A stretch of 64,000 bases of DNA. Source: Candidatus Atabeyarchaeum deiterrae. GTDB taxonomy: Archaea > Asgardarchaeota > Atabeyarchaeia > Atabeyarchaeales > Atabeyarchaeaceae. This document shows positions 38,110-48,776 of the stretch, piece after piece (position 1 is the stretch's first letter; each line of letters opens with the position of its first letter). Both the position numbers and the translations under genes were made by a program. The stretch spans positions 1,664,001 to 1,728,000 of the forward strand of contig CP147780.1 in assembly GCA_037310415.1 (NCBI GenBank), read 5' to 3'. Under the pieces are notes generated by a model. It worked only from the letters and a program-made list of their open reading frames with translations, searched no databases and was not told the origin of the DNA.

Positions 38110-39465
38110 ATGGTGGAGAATACGTTGAGTTCAGAGAAGAAGAACTTGCGCGGGTACGTTGCCTTCTGGTCAGGACAACTTGTCTCTACCTTCGGCACCA
38201 ATGTTGTCCAATTCGCAGTCACGGTCTGGATTGCTTTTGCGACTGGCAGTCCCCTCATGCTAGGCTACGCAGCCTTTTTTGCCTTCGGGACTCAGATCGC
38301 TTTCACACCAATAGCAGGCGTCTTTGTTGACAGATGGTCAAGGAAAAAAGTAATCGCCATTTCAGATGCCCTGCAGGCTCTTGCCGCACTCATTCTGATT
38401 TACCTCTTCTTGAATGGCCAAGCAACTGTTTGGATTGTCATCGCCGTTCTCGCTGTTCGAGGAGGCTTGGGGGCGTTTCACGATATGGCAGTTCAAGCTA
38501 TTATCCCACTGATGGTTCCTGATCGTCTGCTCAGTAGGATGAACGCCCTTAACTATTTTGCAGTCAATCTAATTGGTTCGATTGGACCCCTAGTTGGGGC
38601 TCTCGTGTTCGCTTTACTTGGTGGCGATCTGTCAAGAATCCTATGGGTTGACGTGATAACCTTCTTGATCGCAGTCATTCCAACGGTTATTGTCCGCATC
38701 CCACGAGTGATAATGGAAAGAAGTTCTGGGAAGAAGAGATCCTTCAGAAGGGATTTTGGAGCAGGTGTTTCCTTTATACGCGAGACGAAAGGGCTGACAA
38801 CGCTACTTAGCACGTTTGCGATCGCGAATTTCCTTCTAACTCCGCTGGGTTTACTTCTTCCTTTGTTCAGCATTGAATTTGTTGCTATGGGAGACACAGC
38901 TCGGGCACCAATTCTATATGGCATTCTGGTGACTCTTGCGAATGCAGGTAGCCTCGTCAGTGCTTTGTTCATGAGCTTTCACAAGGGCTTAAAGCGGAAT
39001 GTCGTCGGGGTTATTGGAGGAATGCTGCTGGGAGCAACTGGAATGCTATTGGTAGCTCTCTCACCGAACCTTGGCCCAATGCTGTCGTCTCTGACCCCCG
39101 AGGGGCTGCTATGGATCGCGGCCATCGGTATGACGTTAAACGGCTTGACCGTGCCGATAGCGAATGTTTCAAGTCAAACAATCTGGCAACAAGTAGTTCC
39201 ACCAGAAAAACTAGGACGGGTGTTCGCAGTTCGAATCACATTTGCCCAAGTCACGGTGCCAATAGCGATGCTTTTCACGGGCTATGCGGCCACATACTTC
39301 GGAATGCAGTTCGTGATACTTCTCTGTGCCATTCTGGAAATACTGGCGCTCGGCGCAGCATGGACTCTCACAACACTGCCACATGTAGAGGACACAATTC
39401 TGGCGAAGAAGCTTTCCAGTCAAACGAAGCTGGGGCAAAAGAAAGCGAAGCAACCCGACGAATAG
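38110..39465 (+). CDS. MFS transporter (Mef/macrolide-efflux-like)
   Basis: FWSGQLVS, AGVFVDRWSRK, QQVVPPEKLGRV; about 12 TM. Confidence 0.9.
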   Translation: MVENTLSSEKKNLRGYVAFWSGQLVSTFGTNVVQFAVTVWIAFATGSPLMLGYAAFFAFGTQIAFTPIAGVFVDRWSRKKVIAISDALQALAALILIYLFLNGQATVWIVIAVLAVRGGLGAFHDMAVQAIIPLMVPDRLLSRMNALNYFAVNLIGSIGPLVGALVFALLGGDLSRILWVDVITFLIAVIPTVIVRIPRVIMERSSGKKRSFRRDFGAGVSFIRETKGLTTLLSTFAIANFLLTPLGLLLPLFSIEFVAMGDTARAPILYGILVTLANAGSLVSALFMSFHKGLKRNVVGVIGGMLLGATGMLLVALSPNLGPMLSSLTPEGLLWIAAIGMTLNGLTVPIANVSSQTIWQQVVPPEKLGRVFAVRITFAQVTVPIAMLFTGYAATYFGMQFVILLCAILEILALGAAWTLTTLPHVEDTILAKKLSSQTKLGQKKAKQPDE

Positions 39466-39560
39466 TCAAACGCCGAGAATCACTCAATCTCACTCATTGG
39501 CAAGCGTCCCCTCTCTGGGGATATTCAAGGCTGACTTACTGATGAAGAGACAAGTGGTCT

Positions 39561-40013
39561 ATGGAGGAAAGAGTTGTGCTTGATAGGTTCATAAAAGAGT
39601 CTGGCAAGTTGACTTTCATAGGCGTTGTTGGGAAAGACCCATCAGAGGTCAGGATCTTCAAGGAATACTGCCCAGGATTGAACGGGCTTAACCGCTTCTC
39701 GCATATCATCATTCTTTACTGGTTCCATCTACGCGATACCTCACGGGAAAGAAAGACGCTGGAAGTCACGCCAAAGAGACATCCTGGGGCTCCCCAAGTT
39801 GGTGTCTTTTCATCGAGGAGCCCGAGCCGACCAAATCCTATCGGGCACTCTGTTGTGGAGCTCAAGGAAATCAAGGACTGCACGCTCATTGTCGAGGGGC
39901 TTGATGCTGCTGAAGGCTCGCCCATAATAGACATCAAGCCCTATCTTCCGAGGGCAGACTCGATACCAAATGCGAGAACGCCGGAATGGGCACGCGAAGG
40001 ACCGTCGACATGA
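39561..40013 (+). CDS. tsaA: tRNA (t6A37-N6)-methyltransferase TrmO/TsaA
   Basis: FSHIIILYWFH, GVFSSRSPSRPNPIG, GLDA..GSPIIDIKPY. Confidence 0.9.
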   Translation: MEERVVLDRFIKESGKLTFIGVVGKDPSEVRIFKEYCPGLNGLNRFSHIIILYWFHLRDTSRERKTLEVTPKRHPGAPQVGVFSSRSPSRPNPIGHSVVELKEIKDCTLIVEGLDAAEGSPIIDIKPYLPRADSIPNARTPEWAREGPST

Positions 40014-40026
40014 AGAAGAGAATCTG

Positions 40027-41256
40027 TCACTGCGATGTTCTCTTCCGTTCCTTGAGTGGTTCGGAGAGTCGAAGGCTGAAAGCTGCGCCCAATACAACGT
40101 AAATACATACGAGGATGATGAAGCCGATTGTACCATAAACGGGTATCACTAATGCCCCACTCAATGGTCCAACAATCAATCCTGTTCCGAGAATCATTGA
40201 ATATACGCCGAACGTTGTGCCGCGGGTCTCCTCCTTTGATATGTCGCTAAGGTACGCAAGAATAGCAGGGGGAAAGGCTCCAGCCACGAAACTCACGAGA
40301 CCGATTAATGGCAAGACTGGCCATAGCGCCTCAATTGAATCTTTGTAAAGCGTGAGAACTGTTGCAAGGATACCGAAGCAGAATAGCCCCACTATAATGA
40401 ACGGTTTGCGTCTTAGCAGGCGGTCTGATACTTTTCCCCAGATGAACAGTCCTGCGACCAGGCAGAGACCGAAAACACCGAGGGTTAGCAGCGCTTGGGT
40501 CGAGCTGAATATAGCTGTTCCAGCGATGTTTTCAGCGAAAGCTATGATTAAGCCGTATAGGCAGATAATGGGAGTATAGACAGGCAGTAAACGAAGTATC
40601 ATGCTATTTGAGAAAACCCTTCGAAATAGTCCTCTAACTCCGATCGGGGTGACCTTTTCACCTTTGGTCTCCCCCACGAGTAGCAGGACCAGAACAACGG
40701 AAACCATCACCACGCTTCCGGCGAGAGCCAAGCTGGTGAATATGCTGAAGTGGAAATAGTTGATCAACACCGCCCCTGCAACGTAGCCTCCAGCCAACCC
40801 CCCCAAGGTCGTGATGTCGAAAATACCCATGTGTTCAGCTCTATTCTTGATAGTTGACATATCAGAAATCATTGCAAGAGTCGACGACACCTTGGCCGCC
40901 GCTCCGACTCCAAACAGGGCAGAGAAGCAAATCAAAAGCACAAATATGTTCTGCGACAAAACGAATAAGAAAGCTGCCAGAGCGGTAAGAAGATGACCCA
41001 AAATCAATACGGGTTTTCTGCCGACCCTGTCACACATGGCTCCAAAACCCATAACGGTGATAATCTCAGCGGCGGGGTAGCTCGCCACAATCACTCCACT
41101 CATGAAAAGAGATGTGGGACCAGCACCAATGTAGACGCTACTTGTTACTATGGCTATGGATGCGAACCCAGCTCCCCTCATAATGAGCGTAGCCAAGTAT
41201 AGAATTGCAAGACTAAACCTGTTCGATCCCAAGTCGACATGACAACTCCACTTCAA
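40027..41256 (-). CDS. MFS transporter
   Basis: GAMCDRVGRK, GKVSDRLLRRK; about 12 TM. Confidence 0.9.
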   Translation of the reverse strand: MKWSCHVDLGSNRFSLAILYLATLIMRGAGFASIAIVTSSVYIGAGPTSLFMSGVIVASYPAAEIITVMGFGAMCDRVGRKPVLILGHLLTALAAFLFVLSQNIFVLLICFSALFGVGAAAKVSSTLAMISDMSTIKNRAEHMGIFDITTLGGLAGGYVAGAVLINYFHFSIFTSLALAGSVVMVSVVLVLLLVGETKGEKVTPIGVRGLFRRVFSNSMILRLLPVYTPIICLYGLIIAFAENIAGTAIFSSTQALLTLGVFGLCLVAGLFIWGKVSDRLLRRKPFIIVGLFCFGILATVLTLYKDSIEALWPVLPLIGLVSFVAGAFPPAILAYLSDISKEETRGTTFGVYSMILGTGLIVGPLSGALVIPVYGTIGFIILVCIYVVLGAAFSLRLSEPLKERKRTSQ

Positions 41257-41413
41257 ATGATTAAAAGGGAAGGTGAAAATTTATGAAACAGCGTGATATA
41301 AGTGTATTGGTTATGTCCTCATACAAGGGTGTTGCCTTGCCCTATGATTAAATAGGGAGACAATAGTCACTTTACACTCGCCGAGATGGTTCCGTTTTTC
41401 AGGGTGTTGTATA

Positions 41414-42187
41414 TTGAAACTCCATGAAAAGTTCCAGAGAGGAATTGAGAGAGCATTCTTCGGCGGCAAGTCTACCAGAGCGAGTGTATACATGACATAC
41501 GCGATCGGCAACATCATTCTTATGCTCGTACTGTTCTACGTCCTTCTCAACACTGTCCTCTATGGATGGACAGGACAGTTATATCCGGTTGGCTCTGGCT
41601 TCCGACTCCTACTGGGCGGTCTAGATGACGCGATCCCGTTCATCCCTGAAATGGTGATCTTCTACCGATTCCTGTTTTATGGCATGGCCATTTTGACTAT
41701 GCTCTACTTCGCTTTTGTCGAATATAAGAAAGGATACGCCTTGGGTTGGTCTTTGGTGATTATTAGCGCCATCGCCGTCCTCATATACATCATGTTCCCT
41801 GTTTCAACATATCAGTGGCGGCTAACTTACATTCCACAACTGAACTTGAACAACTTCTGGCAAGCTCAAGTATATGACATATACATGACTGACACTCCTT
41901 TCAATTGCTTCCCAAGTCTACACGCCGCGGTCTCCACCATATGCCTCTACACATGGTACGAGTATAGCAAAGCTAGGCCCAGCCCTACGACCAAGATAGT
42001 GGCAATTGTAGCATTTGTAATTGCCACAGGAGTCATTCTCTCGACCATGTTCATCAAGCAGCACTACATTGTGGATGAGATTGCTGGTATCGTCCTCGCG
42101 TGGGGTGTGGGAAGGCTACTATTCAATCATTTGTGGGAAAATGCCAAGCCGACAAGAACTCTGCCGAAAAAGAAAAGGATGAAGTAA
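41414..42187 (+). CDS. PAP2-superfamily membrane protein (AUR1/IPC-synthase-like)
   Basis: NCFPSLH, KQHYIVD; multi-TM. Confidence 0.8.
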   Translation: MKLHEKFQRGIERAFFGGKSTRASVYMTYAIGNIILMLVLFYVLLNTVLYGWTGQLYPVGSGFRLLLGGLDDAIPFIPEMVIFYRFLFYGMAILTMLYFAFVEYKKGYALGWSLVIISAIAVLIYIMFPVSTYQWRLTYIPQLNLNNFWQAQVYDIYMTDTPFNCFPSLHAAVSTICLYTWYEYSKARPSPTTKIVAIVAFVIATGVILSTMFIKQHYIVDEIAGIVLAWGVGRLLFNHLWENAKPTRTLPKKKRMK

Positions 42188-42342
42188 CGAAAGAAACGAT
42201 TTTGTATTGGCGCATGTCATCAATGTCTCAGTTACTCGTTTTCAGCATTTCGATGTGGAGAAAAGAAAACAGAAACATGCACAGTTGATATGAGCAGCAA
42301 AATTCTCAAAACACGGTGCAATCAAAAATGTGCATTGAGATG

Positions 42343-43920
42343 CTATTCAAGTTCAATTGTTGCTGGCGGCTTGTCTGTCACGTCATACAGAACTCTATTA
42401 ACACCTTTAACCTCGTCGACTATTCGCAGCGCGATTCTTTCTAGTAAATCCCAAGGTAGCTTGGAAAAGTTAGCTGTCATTGCGTCCTCGCTTTCGACTG
42501 CCCTGATGGCGACCGCGTATTGGTATGTTCTGTGGTCGCCCATAACTCCAACCGTCTTCACAGGGAGTATTGCAGCGAATGCCTGCCAAAGCTTCTTCTC
42601 AAACCCAGCCTTCTTAATCTCTTCTCTAACTATCGCGTCTGCCCCTCTTAGTATCTCAAGCTTCTCTATAGTTACTTCTCCAGGAGACCTCACGGCAAGT
42701 CCTGGACCTGGGAAAGGTTGGCGCCAAGTTATCTCATCAGGTATCCCTAGTTTCTCAGAGACGACTCTGACCTCATCTTTGTAGAGGTCCTTGATCGGTT
42801 CTACGAGCCTGAGGTGAATCCACTCAGGTAAAACGACGTTGTGGTGACTCTTTATTCTAGATGATGCTTTGCTTGCTTGGGCGCTCTCTATTCTGTCTGG
42901 ATATATCGTCCCTTGCCCAAGGAATTCAAACTCTCCGTACTTGACCTTCAGTTCGTTGGCCTTGTTTTCGAAGACCTCGATGAAGGTTGACCCTATAATC
43001 TGCCTCTTCTTCTCGGCGTCTTCAACTCCCTTAAGCTTGGAAAGAAACAGTTCGCTTGCGTCAACGAAATAGAAGTTCTTAAAATTGAGTTGCTTGGTGA
43101 AAGTCTCCTTGACCTGTTCAGCTTCGCCCTCCCTCAATAGTCCTGTGTCGACAAATATGCAGTGTATGTTGTCGCCGATTGCTCTGTGTATCAGTTCTGC
43201 TGCGACCGTCGAGTCGACACCTCCACTCGCTCCCATGACGACTCTTCCCCCATTGATTTGATTCTTGATTTGTTGCACGGTTGCCTCGATGAAGTCCAGG
43301 GGGTTCCAATTTGGCACTATGCTGCAAATATCGAGGATGAAGTTTCTCAAGATCTTCATACCATTAACGGTATGGCGTACCTCTGGATGGAATTGAACTG
43401 AATATATCCCCTTTTTTCTAGAACGGTATGCAGCGATGGGGCAGATCTCTGTGGAAGCGAGCCTGTCGAACTCGGGTGGAAGTTCAACAACTTGATCCCC
43501 ATGGCTCATCCACACAGTCTCTTCTTTGTTCAATCCTTTAAGTAGGTCTGACCTATCCGACACCTTTAGCTTCACTTTTCCATATTCCCTACTTGTACTA
43601 GGCTCCACCTTTCCACCAAGCAAGTGAGCAAGGAGCTGGTGTCCATAGCATATTCCAAGAATCGGAATGCTTTTGGCAATGAGGGACTCCAATAGGCTTT
43701 TGCTTAAGGATGGAGCTCCTAGATCATATACGCTGTTTGGACCGCCTGAAAGAATCACAGCACCAAGATTCCTTTCGCTAAGAAAGTTGTCCTCTCTTAC
43801 GTCACTGTAAACCGTTAGCTCGGAATAGACTCCGATCTCGCGAATTCGTCTAGTTATCAAGTGTGCGTATTGGCCCCCGAAGTCAATTACAAGAACAGTC
43901 TTCCTGCCATCGCTCAACAA
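42343..43920 (-). CDS. guaA: GMP synthase (glutamine-hydrolysing), fused
   Basis: DFGGQY, GICYG, QFHPE, SGGVDS, QGTIYPD, KSHHN, PFPGPGL, KPPATIE. Confidence 0.97.
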   Translation of the reverse strand: MLSDGRKTVLVIDFGGQYAHLITRRIREIGVYSELTVYSDVREDNFLSERNLGAVILSGGPNSVYDLGAPSLSKSLLESLIAKSIPILGICYGHQLLAHLLGGKVEPSTSREYGKVKLKVSDRSDLLKGLNKEETVWMSHGDQVVELPPEFDRLASTEICPIAAYRSRKKGIYSVQFHPEVRHTVNGMKILRNFILDICSIVPNWNPLDFIEATVQQIKNQINGGRVVMGASGGVDSTVAAELIHRAIGDNIHCIFVDTGLLREGEAEQVKETFTKQLNFKNFYFVDASELFLSKLKGVEDAEKKRQIIGSTFIEVFENKANELKVKYGEFEFLGQGTIYPDRIESAQASKASSRIKSHHNVVLPEWIHLRLVEPIKDLYKDEVRVVSEKLGIPDEITWRQPFPGPGLAVRSPGEVTIEKLEILRGADAIVREEIKKAGFEKKLWQAFAAILPVKTVGVMGDHRTYQYAVAIRAVESEDAMTANFSKLPWDLLERIALRIVDEVKGVNRVLYDVTDKPPATIELE

Positions 43921-44202
43921 CTACCCTCACACCTCGAGCAATATGACTCCAGGATCCAAATAACTTCTGAAGGACAGAATTGATGAGAACCTGTTGCTTT
44001 TAATGCTTTTCATTGCTTCCGTGAAGTTACTGATTGCGAGATTCAGGAATTCCTCGATAACTCTACTCTCAATGAGAATCAAAGATATATTTCCGTGCCA
44101 ATGTACTGTATTCTGTAGGTCTCAGCGCACCGCATACATATAAGTTGATGGACCTTGATGCATAAGTTTGAAAGGTTGTCCGGTTAGGGTAGGTGTGTAG
44201 AC

Positions 44203-45462
44203 ATGACTAAGTACGTTAGCACGGGCGTGAAGGATCTTGATAGGATGATGGGAGGTGGTCTCCTCCCAGGTACTGCACACTTGTTGGAAGTAGAGCCGGG
44301 GACAGGCGAAATGGCCTTCATTGCATCATTTCTTGATGACGGAATAAGGCAAAGAGAAATGTGCGGCATAGTCGGGTATGATCGACCTCATGAAGATATT
44401 ATTGCCAGACTCGAGGAGTTTGGATTTGATGCAAAAGAACCACTACGCTCTGGTTCATTGCTTATTGCTGATCTGTGCAGTGAGGGGAAATATGATCCCG
44501 ACCATGCTAGTCCTATCTTAATGACTGAAAACCTGTACGACCCTAACTCTATGCTGAGACTGTACTATGATATGGCTCAGCTTACGGAGAAAAATCTCAA
44601 GAGTGGAAGATGCACTGGTGCCAGAGTTGTTGTGTGCTCATTGTCCTCACAGATCATGAATTACAAGTTTGAGCCGGCGTACAAAGCGGTCAAGAAGGCT
44701 ATCCAAATTGCGGAGCAGCAGAACGCAACAAGCCTAACGTTGATAACCCCCAGAATGTTCGATGAAACTGTCGTGGCTACCTTTGAGCACATGTTCGACG
44801 GCATAGTTGTTCTTACCATGAAGGATGTCAAGGGAAGGTTCCAGAGGTTCGTCCGAGTCAAGGAGTCACCTATCGCAGGGTTCTACTCTGACGAGGTGCC
44901 TTACGAGATCGTCGGCAACAAGCCACGTCTCTTGACATCATTTGCCGAGCCAATACAGGCTTTCAGAGATCACATTAAGTTCAACGCCGATGGGACTATA
45001 ACCATGACTGGTCTAAGGTTCTTGTTAAGCAACGCTGCATTGGTAAATGCTCTCCTAGAGCAGGCTGTGAAGTTGCTTGGCTTCAAAACCACATCGGAGC
45101 AGGTCTACAACCTCTACAAATCGAACGGACGAGCTGAGCTAGAAATACTACTCAAGGCGATGAATATTCCCTTAGGTACAAGTCCCAAGCAGATACTTGA
45201 GATGTTCGCCAGCTACATATCTGCAAATGGATCAGGAATTACCGAGCTGGCTGAATTCACTGATGAAACAATCACGTTCAGAGTAAGACATTCGCTGTGT
45301 TCAATGAACGAAAGATCAGATAAACCAACGGGTCAATATCTTGCTGGTGCCCTGGCTGGAGCCACCGAATTGGCATTGGGCAAAAAGGTTCAGTGCATCG
45401 AGACGAAGTGTGTGGCTAAAGGAGACGACTATTGCGAATTCACCTGCAAGGTGAGAGATTAG
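44203..45462 (+). CDS. KaiC-like ATPase-fold domain fused to V4R domain
   Basis: STGVKDLDRMMGGG, EPGTGEM, FDGIV; C-term ETKCVAKGDDYCEF. Confidence 0.88.
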   Translation: MTKYVSTGVKDLDRMMGGGLLPGTAHLLEVEPGTGEMAFIASFLDDGIRQREMCGIVGYDRPHEDIIARLEEFGFDAKEPLRSGSLLIADLCSEGKYDPDHASPILMTENLYDPNSMLRLYYDMAQLTEKNLKSGRCTGARVVVCSLSSQIMNYKFEPAYKAVKKAIQIAEQQNATSLTLITPRMFDETVVATFEHMFDGIVVLTMKDVKGRFQRFVRVKESPIAGFYSDEVPYEIVGNKPRLLTSFAEPIQAFRDHIKFNADGTITMTGLRFLLSNAALVNALLEQAVKLLGFKTTSEQVYNLYKSNGRAELEILLKAMNIPLGTSPKQILEMFASYISANGSGITELAEFTDETITFRVRHSLCSMNERSDKPTGQYLAGALAGATELALGKKVQCIETKCVAKGDDYCEFTCKVRD

Positions 45463-45554
45463 ATCGTCGCGTCGTATCAATGTCTCCAAGGAACTCTGGC
45501 AAATGTCAATCGCCATCCATATCTATCTATTTCGTGGTTCTTTCTGCGGTGGCA

Positions 45555-46094
45555 TCACTTCTTCTTTCCGAACTGTTCCACAACTTTCTGGTACTTCTCA
45601 TGGATTAGCCTTCTGTCAAATTCCCAGAACTCTTGAAGCATTGCATCTTGCTCCTGTTTCGTAAAGTAGTCCAAGATTGGGAAGAAGAAGTGCTTGTCTT
45701 CCTTCTCAATATGCTTCGGGTAGAATTCGATGAGCGTTCTTAGGTTTGATGTGACATTGTTCAGAGCGTCACTGCTCCCCAGAAGGTACCGCTCCTTCGC
45801 ATTGACTAGCGCTCCAACGGTTTTTCTTGCAAACTTATGCTCGTCCACTAATTCATCCATAGTTTTCTTGTGCTCTTGGGAGAGGTTTTTCTTTCCAAGG
45901 TCTCTGAAGAGAATATCCTCTTCTTTTCCGTGGTGGCATCTATCAGCGTATGTTCTGAGAAAGTCGACGTAGGTGTCGATGAAAACCGAATCAACCTTCT
46001 TTCCTTCTTTGATCTTGTTTAACTCCTCTTTGACAACGGCAATCATGCGCTCAATAAGCCTGTGCTCGACCATTAGTGGTCCAATTGGCTTCAT
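45555..46094 (-). CDS. Hemerythrin-domain protein
   Basis: EHRLI, CHHGKEED, DEH, HIEKED. Confidence 0.9.
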   Translation of the reverse strand: MKPIGPLMVEHRLIERMIAVVKEELNKIKEGKKVDSVFIDTYVDFLRTYADRCHHGKEEDILFRDLGKKNLSQEHKKTMDELVDEHKFARKTVGALVNAKERYLLGSSDALNNVTSNLRTLIEFYPKHIEKEDKHFFFPILDYFTKQEQDAMLQEFWEFDRRLIHEKYQKVVEQFGKKK

Positions 46095-46161
46095 AATGAT
46101 CATCTCCCAGAAATCGTAGTTAAGAAATAGCGGAACTTGACTCAAATCTCTCTTGATGCTG

Positions 46162-47106
46162 CTAAATCTTCAGGAGTTTTCTAGCATTTTCGCCTAAAAG
46201 ATCATTTCTTTCTTTTGGAGTGAAATTCTTGATACCGATTGCTTTCATTGCATCAGGGACTTGATACTCCTTTAGCCACTTAACCCAATCTTTTTGACTT
46301 AGAGCTGATTTGACCCATCCCCAGTCAGATCCGAACAATACTCTCGCAGGAGCCACGTTGATAAGCCTGCGTAATGAATGGACGAAGTATCCCTGATCGT
46401 AATGGTGAAATGTCTGCCCCCATGCGGAAATGTCAGTATAGACGCGCGGCCTCGTAACAAGAACTGAGATCACAGCATCAAGCCATACACCCCAACCAGC
46501 GTGCGCTATGATCATGGTAAGCTCAGGGAATTTTCCGGCGACCTCGTCGATATACATTGGGTGGGTACACTTCATGTAATATGGTCCGGCAGCAGGTCCT
46601 GAATGAGTTAATATAGGAACGCCGTGGTCCAAGGCCTTCTTGTAGAGCGGCGTGCATATCTCGTCGCTCGGGTAGAAACCGGTGGGTGGGTATATTTTGA
46701 TACCTTTCATTCCCCAATCCTTTAACCCCCGCTCGAGGATTTCCGAAGCGTTCTTACGGCGCGGATCGACTGCAACAAAACCGACTAATCGGTCAGGGTA
46801 CTTCTTGACGGCATCCAATATGTACTTGTTACTTTCTTCGACATCGGCTTCCTGCCGTAGCCCTGGGATTAATCCCTTGCCCCAATCTCCTCCAAATACG
46901 ACACTCTTGTCGATTCCAGCCCCATCCATTTCCTTTATCAACTTGTCGGGGTTTCCGTCCATCATGTCCTGCACAAGAGGGCCTTTCATTAAGTCTTCTC
47001 TCTTCAGCCCAAATGCGACTCCATATTGATCCACGATCCCTTCAATAAAATTCTCGGGATAGTGTCTCCTCTGATAGACATGAACGTGTGCATCTATCAC
47101 CACCAA
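46162..47106 (-). CDS. Amidohydrolase family 2 protein
   Basis: IDAHVH, GIKIYP, THSG, IAHAG, FGSDW, GENA. Confidence 0.9.
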   Translation of the reverse strand: MVVIDAHVHVYQRRHYPENFIEGIVDQYGVAFGLKREDLMKGPLVQDMMDGNPDKLIKEMDGAGIDKSVVFGGDWGKGLIPGLRQEADVEESNKYILDAVKKYPDRLVGFVAVDPRRKNASEILERGLKDWGMKGIKIYPPTGFYPSDEICTPLYKKALDHGVPILTHSGPAAGPYYMKCTHPMYIDEVAGKFPELTMIIAHAGWGVWLDAVISVLVTRPRVYTDISAWGQTFHHYDQGYFVHSLRRLINVAPARVLFGSDWGWVKSALSQKDWVKWLKEYQVPDAMKAIGIKNFTPKERNDLLGENARKLLKI

Positions 47107-47248
47107 ACTTGCCTCATCCTCCTATCGATTTCTTCAAACAAAGATGAATAGTATCTCTTCAGATCTCGCATATATACTTCAATGTTGACATTCAAACTGG
47201 TTCTGTTTGCATTTCAGATCGGCGGCAAAAGAAAATCATCCACGTTTG

Positions 47249-47875
47249 TCACTCAAGCAACTCAAGGAATCTTGTGAGAATCATGTACGTTAATCCCCAG
47301 ATTACATTGTTTCGTATAACGTAGGCAGGGAATGTTCCGAAGCTGAATCTGGTGTTCCCCTTGTTTTCGATCAGTTGCTTCGGGGTCAGCCAGATGTAGC
47401 GCTCCAATTCGCTGAGACTTAGCTTGATTTCGGGCTCGTAGTCGAGTATAAAGATGAAGGGAAGAATCTTCATTTCGGGTCTAACTGCAGACTTGACGGG
47501 ATCCAGCACGCCGAGAAAGCGTGTGCCATCGAGCAAATTGATGCCAGTCTCTTCGAAGGTTTCCCTGATGGCGGTTTCTTTCAGGTTTCCGTCTTTGGTT
47601 TCACGTCTTCCCCCGGGCAAGGCCATTTGCCCTGACCAGGGATCCTTTGGGTTCTCTACCCTCTTTACAACAAGGAGTTGCAAGTCTCTTTCAACGTCCC
47701 TTAGCAGAAGCGCGACCGCGGCGACTGCTTGGGTTTCTTCCGAGAATGGTTTCAGTGATTTTGTCAATTTACGTAGGGCTTTGGAGGAGTGACTCAATGT
47801 GGATCCCTCGGGGGTTTCTATTCTTTTCTGAAGGTTGGTCGATCTTGGATCGATGCTTCCTCGGTATGAAAGCAT
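47249..47875 (-). CDS. Nudix CoA pyrophosphatase
   Basis: WSGQMALPGG, TAIRETFEETG, IWGLT. Confidence 0.88.
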   Translation of the reverse strand: MLSYRGSIDPRSTNLQKRIETPEGSTLSHSSKALRKLTKSLKPFSEETQAVAAVALLLRDVERDLQLLVVKRVENPKDPWSGQMALPGGRRETKDGNLKETAIRETFEETGINLLDGTRFLGVLDPVKSAVRPEMKILPFIFILDYEPEIKLSLSELERYIWLTPKQLIENKGNTRFSFGTFPAYVIRNNVIWGLTYMILTRFLELLE

Positions 47876-47928
47876 GGTCTCTTTGAATGATCGATCAGCT
47901 ACACCTAACCATCAGAGGCCACGGGCAT

Positions 47929-48735
47929 TCAGGGTTTGGGCTTCTTCTTGGACTCCTCGACAAAGTACAGTATCAGGTCCACGAAGTAGTCTGGCCTCTC
48001 CATAAGGGCGCCGTGTCCTGCGAAAGGGATGATCGCCATCTGTGAGTTCTGGATTTCCTTGTGCATCAGTTCAGCTTCCTCAACTGGAACCACTCCATCT
48101 TCTCTACCATGAATGATCAGCGTTGGAACCTTGATTTTCTTAATGTCCTTCTCCATTAATGGCGGGCTCTTCATATAGCCCTGCTGTACCCTTGCCGAGG
48201 TCTTTGCCTCCCTAGTTTTCATGGAATCTGCAAATCTCTTGATTGCATCCTTGTGTCTGCGCACAAACATCGGATGAAAGATATCTCTGATCTCTGCGTC
48301 GATATATGCCTGCAATCCTTTTTCAGCAAACGCTCTTGCCCATGCTCCAGCGACCTGTATTGACTTCGCAGGCATTCTGGGCGTTGTGTCTATAAGGATT
48401 AGCCCGTCGACTTTCTCTGGGTGGGCAAGCGCTAGCTTCTGCGCTACAAATCCGCCCATGCTGATTCCGCATATGTATGTCTTGCTTATCTTCAGGATGT
48501 CAAGGAGTGCTGCCACATCGTCGGCGAACATTTCTTGAGTGTAGGGCATATCTGGTTTCTCAGATTTTCCGTGTCCTCTCAGATCCACAGCTATGCATCT
48601 AATTTCCTTTGACATCTCTGGACTCACTTCTGACCACTCAGTTGAGTCCCCTCCCACTCCATGTATCAGAACTAGGGGCGTTCCCTTTCCTGTATCCTCG
48701 TAATACATCTCAAAGTCTCTTACTTTGGTTCTCAT
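47929..48735 (-). CDS. Alpha/beta hydrolase (enol-lactonase-like)
   Basis: DLRGHG, GISMGG, GRED, AGH. Confidence 0.9.
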   Translation of the reverse strand: MRTKVRDFEMYYEDTGKGTPLVLIHGVGGDSTEWSEVSPEMSKEIRCIAVDLRGHGKSEKPDMPYTQEMFADDVAALLDILKISKTYICGISMGGFVAQKLALAHPEKVDGLILIDTTPRMPAKSIQVAGAWARAFAEKGLQAYIDAEIRDIFHPMFVRRHKDAIKRFADSMKTREAKTSARVQQGYMKSPPLMEKDIKKIKVPTLIIHGREDGVVPVEEAELMHKEIQNSQMAIIPFAGHGALMERPDYFVDLILYFVEESKKKPKP

Positions 48736-48776
48736 AACTCATTTCTCTCCTCCCAACTAATCGTTCTCGAAACTTT

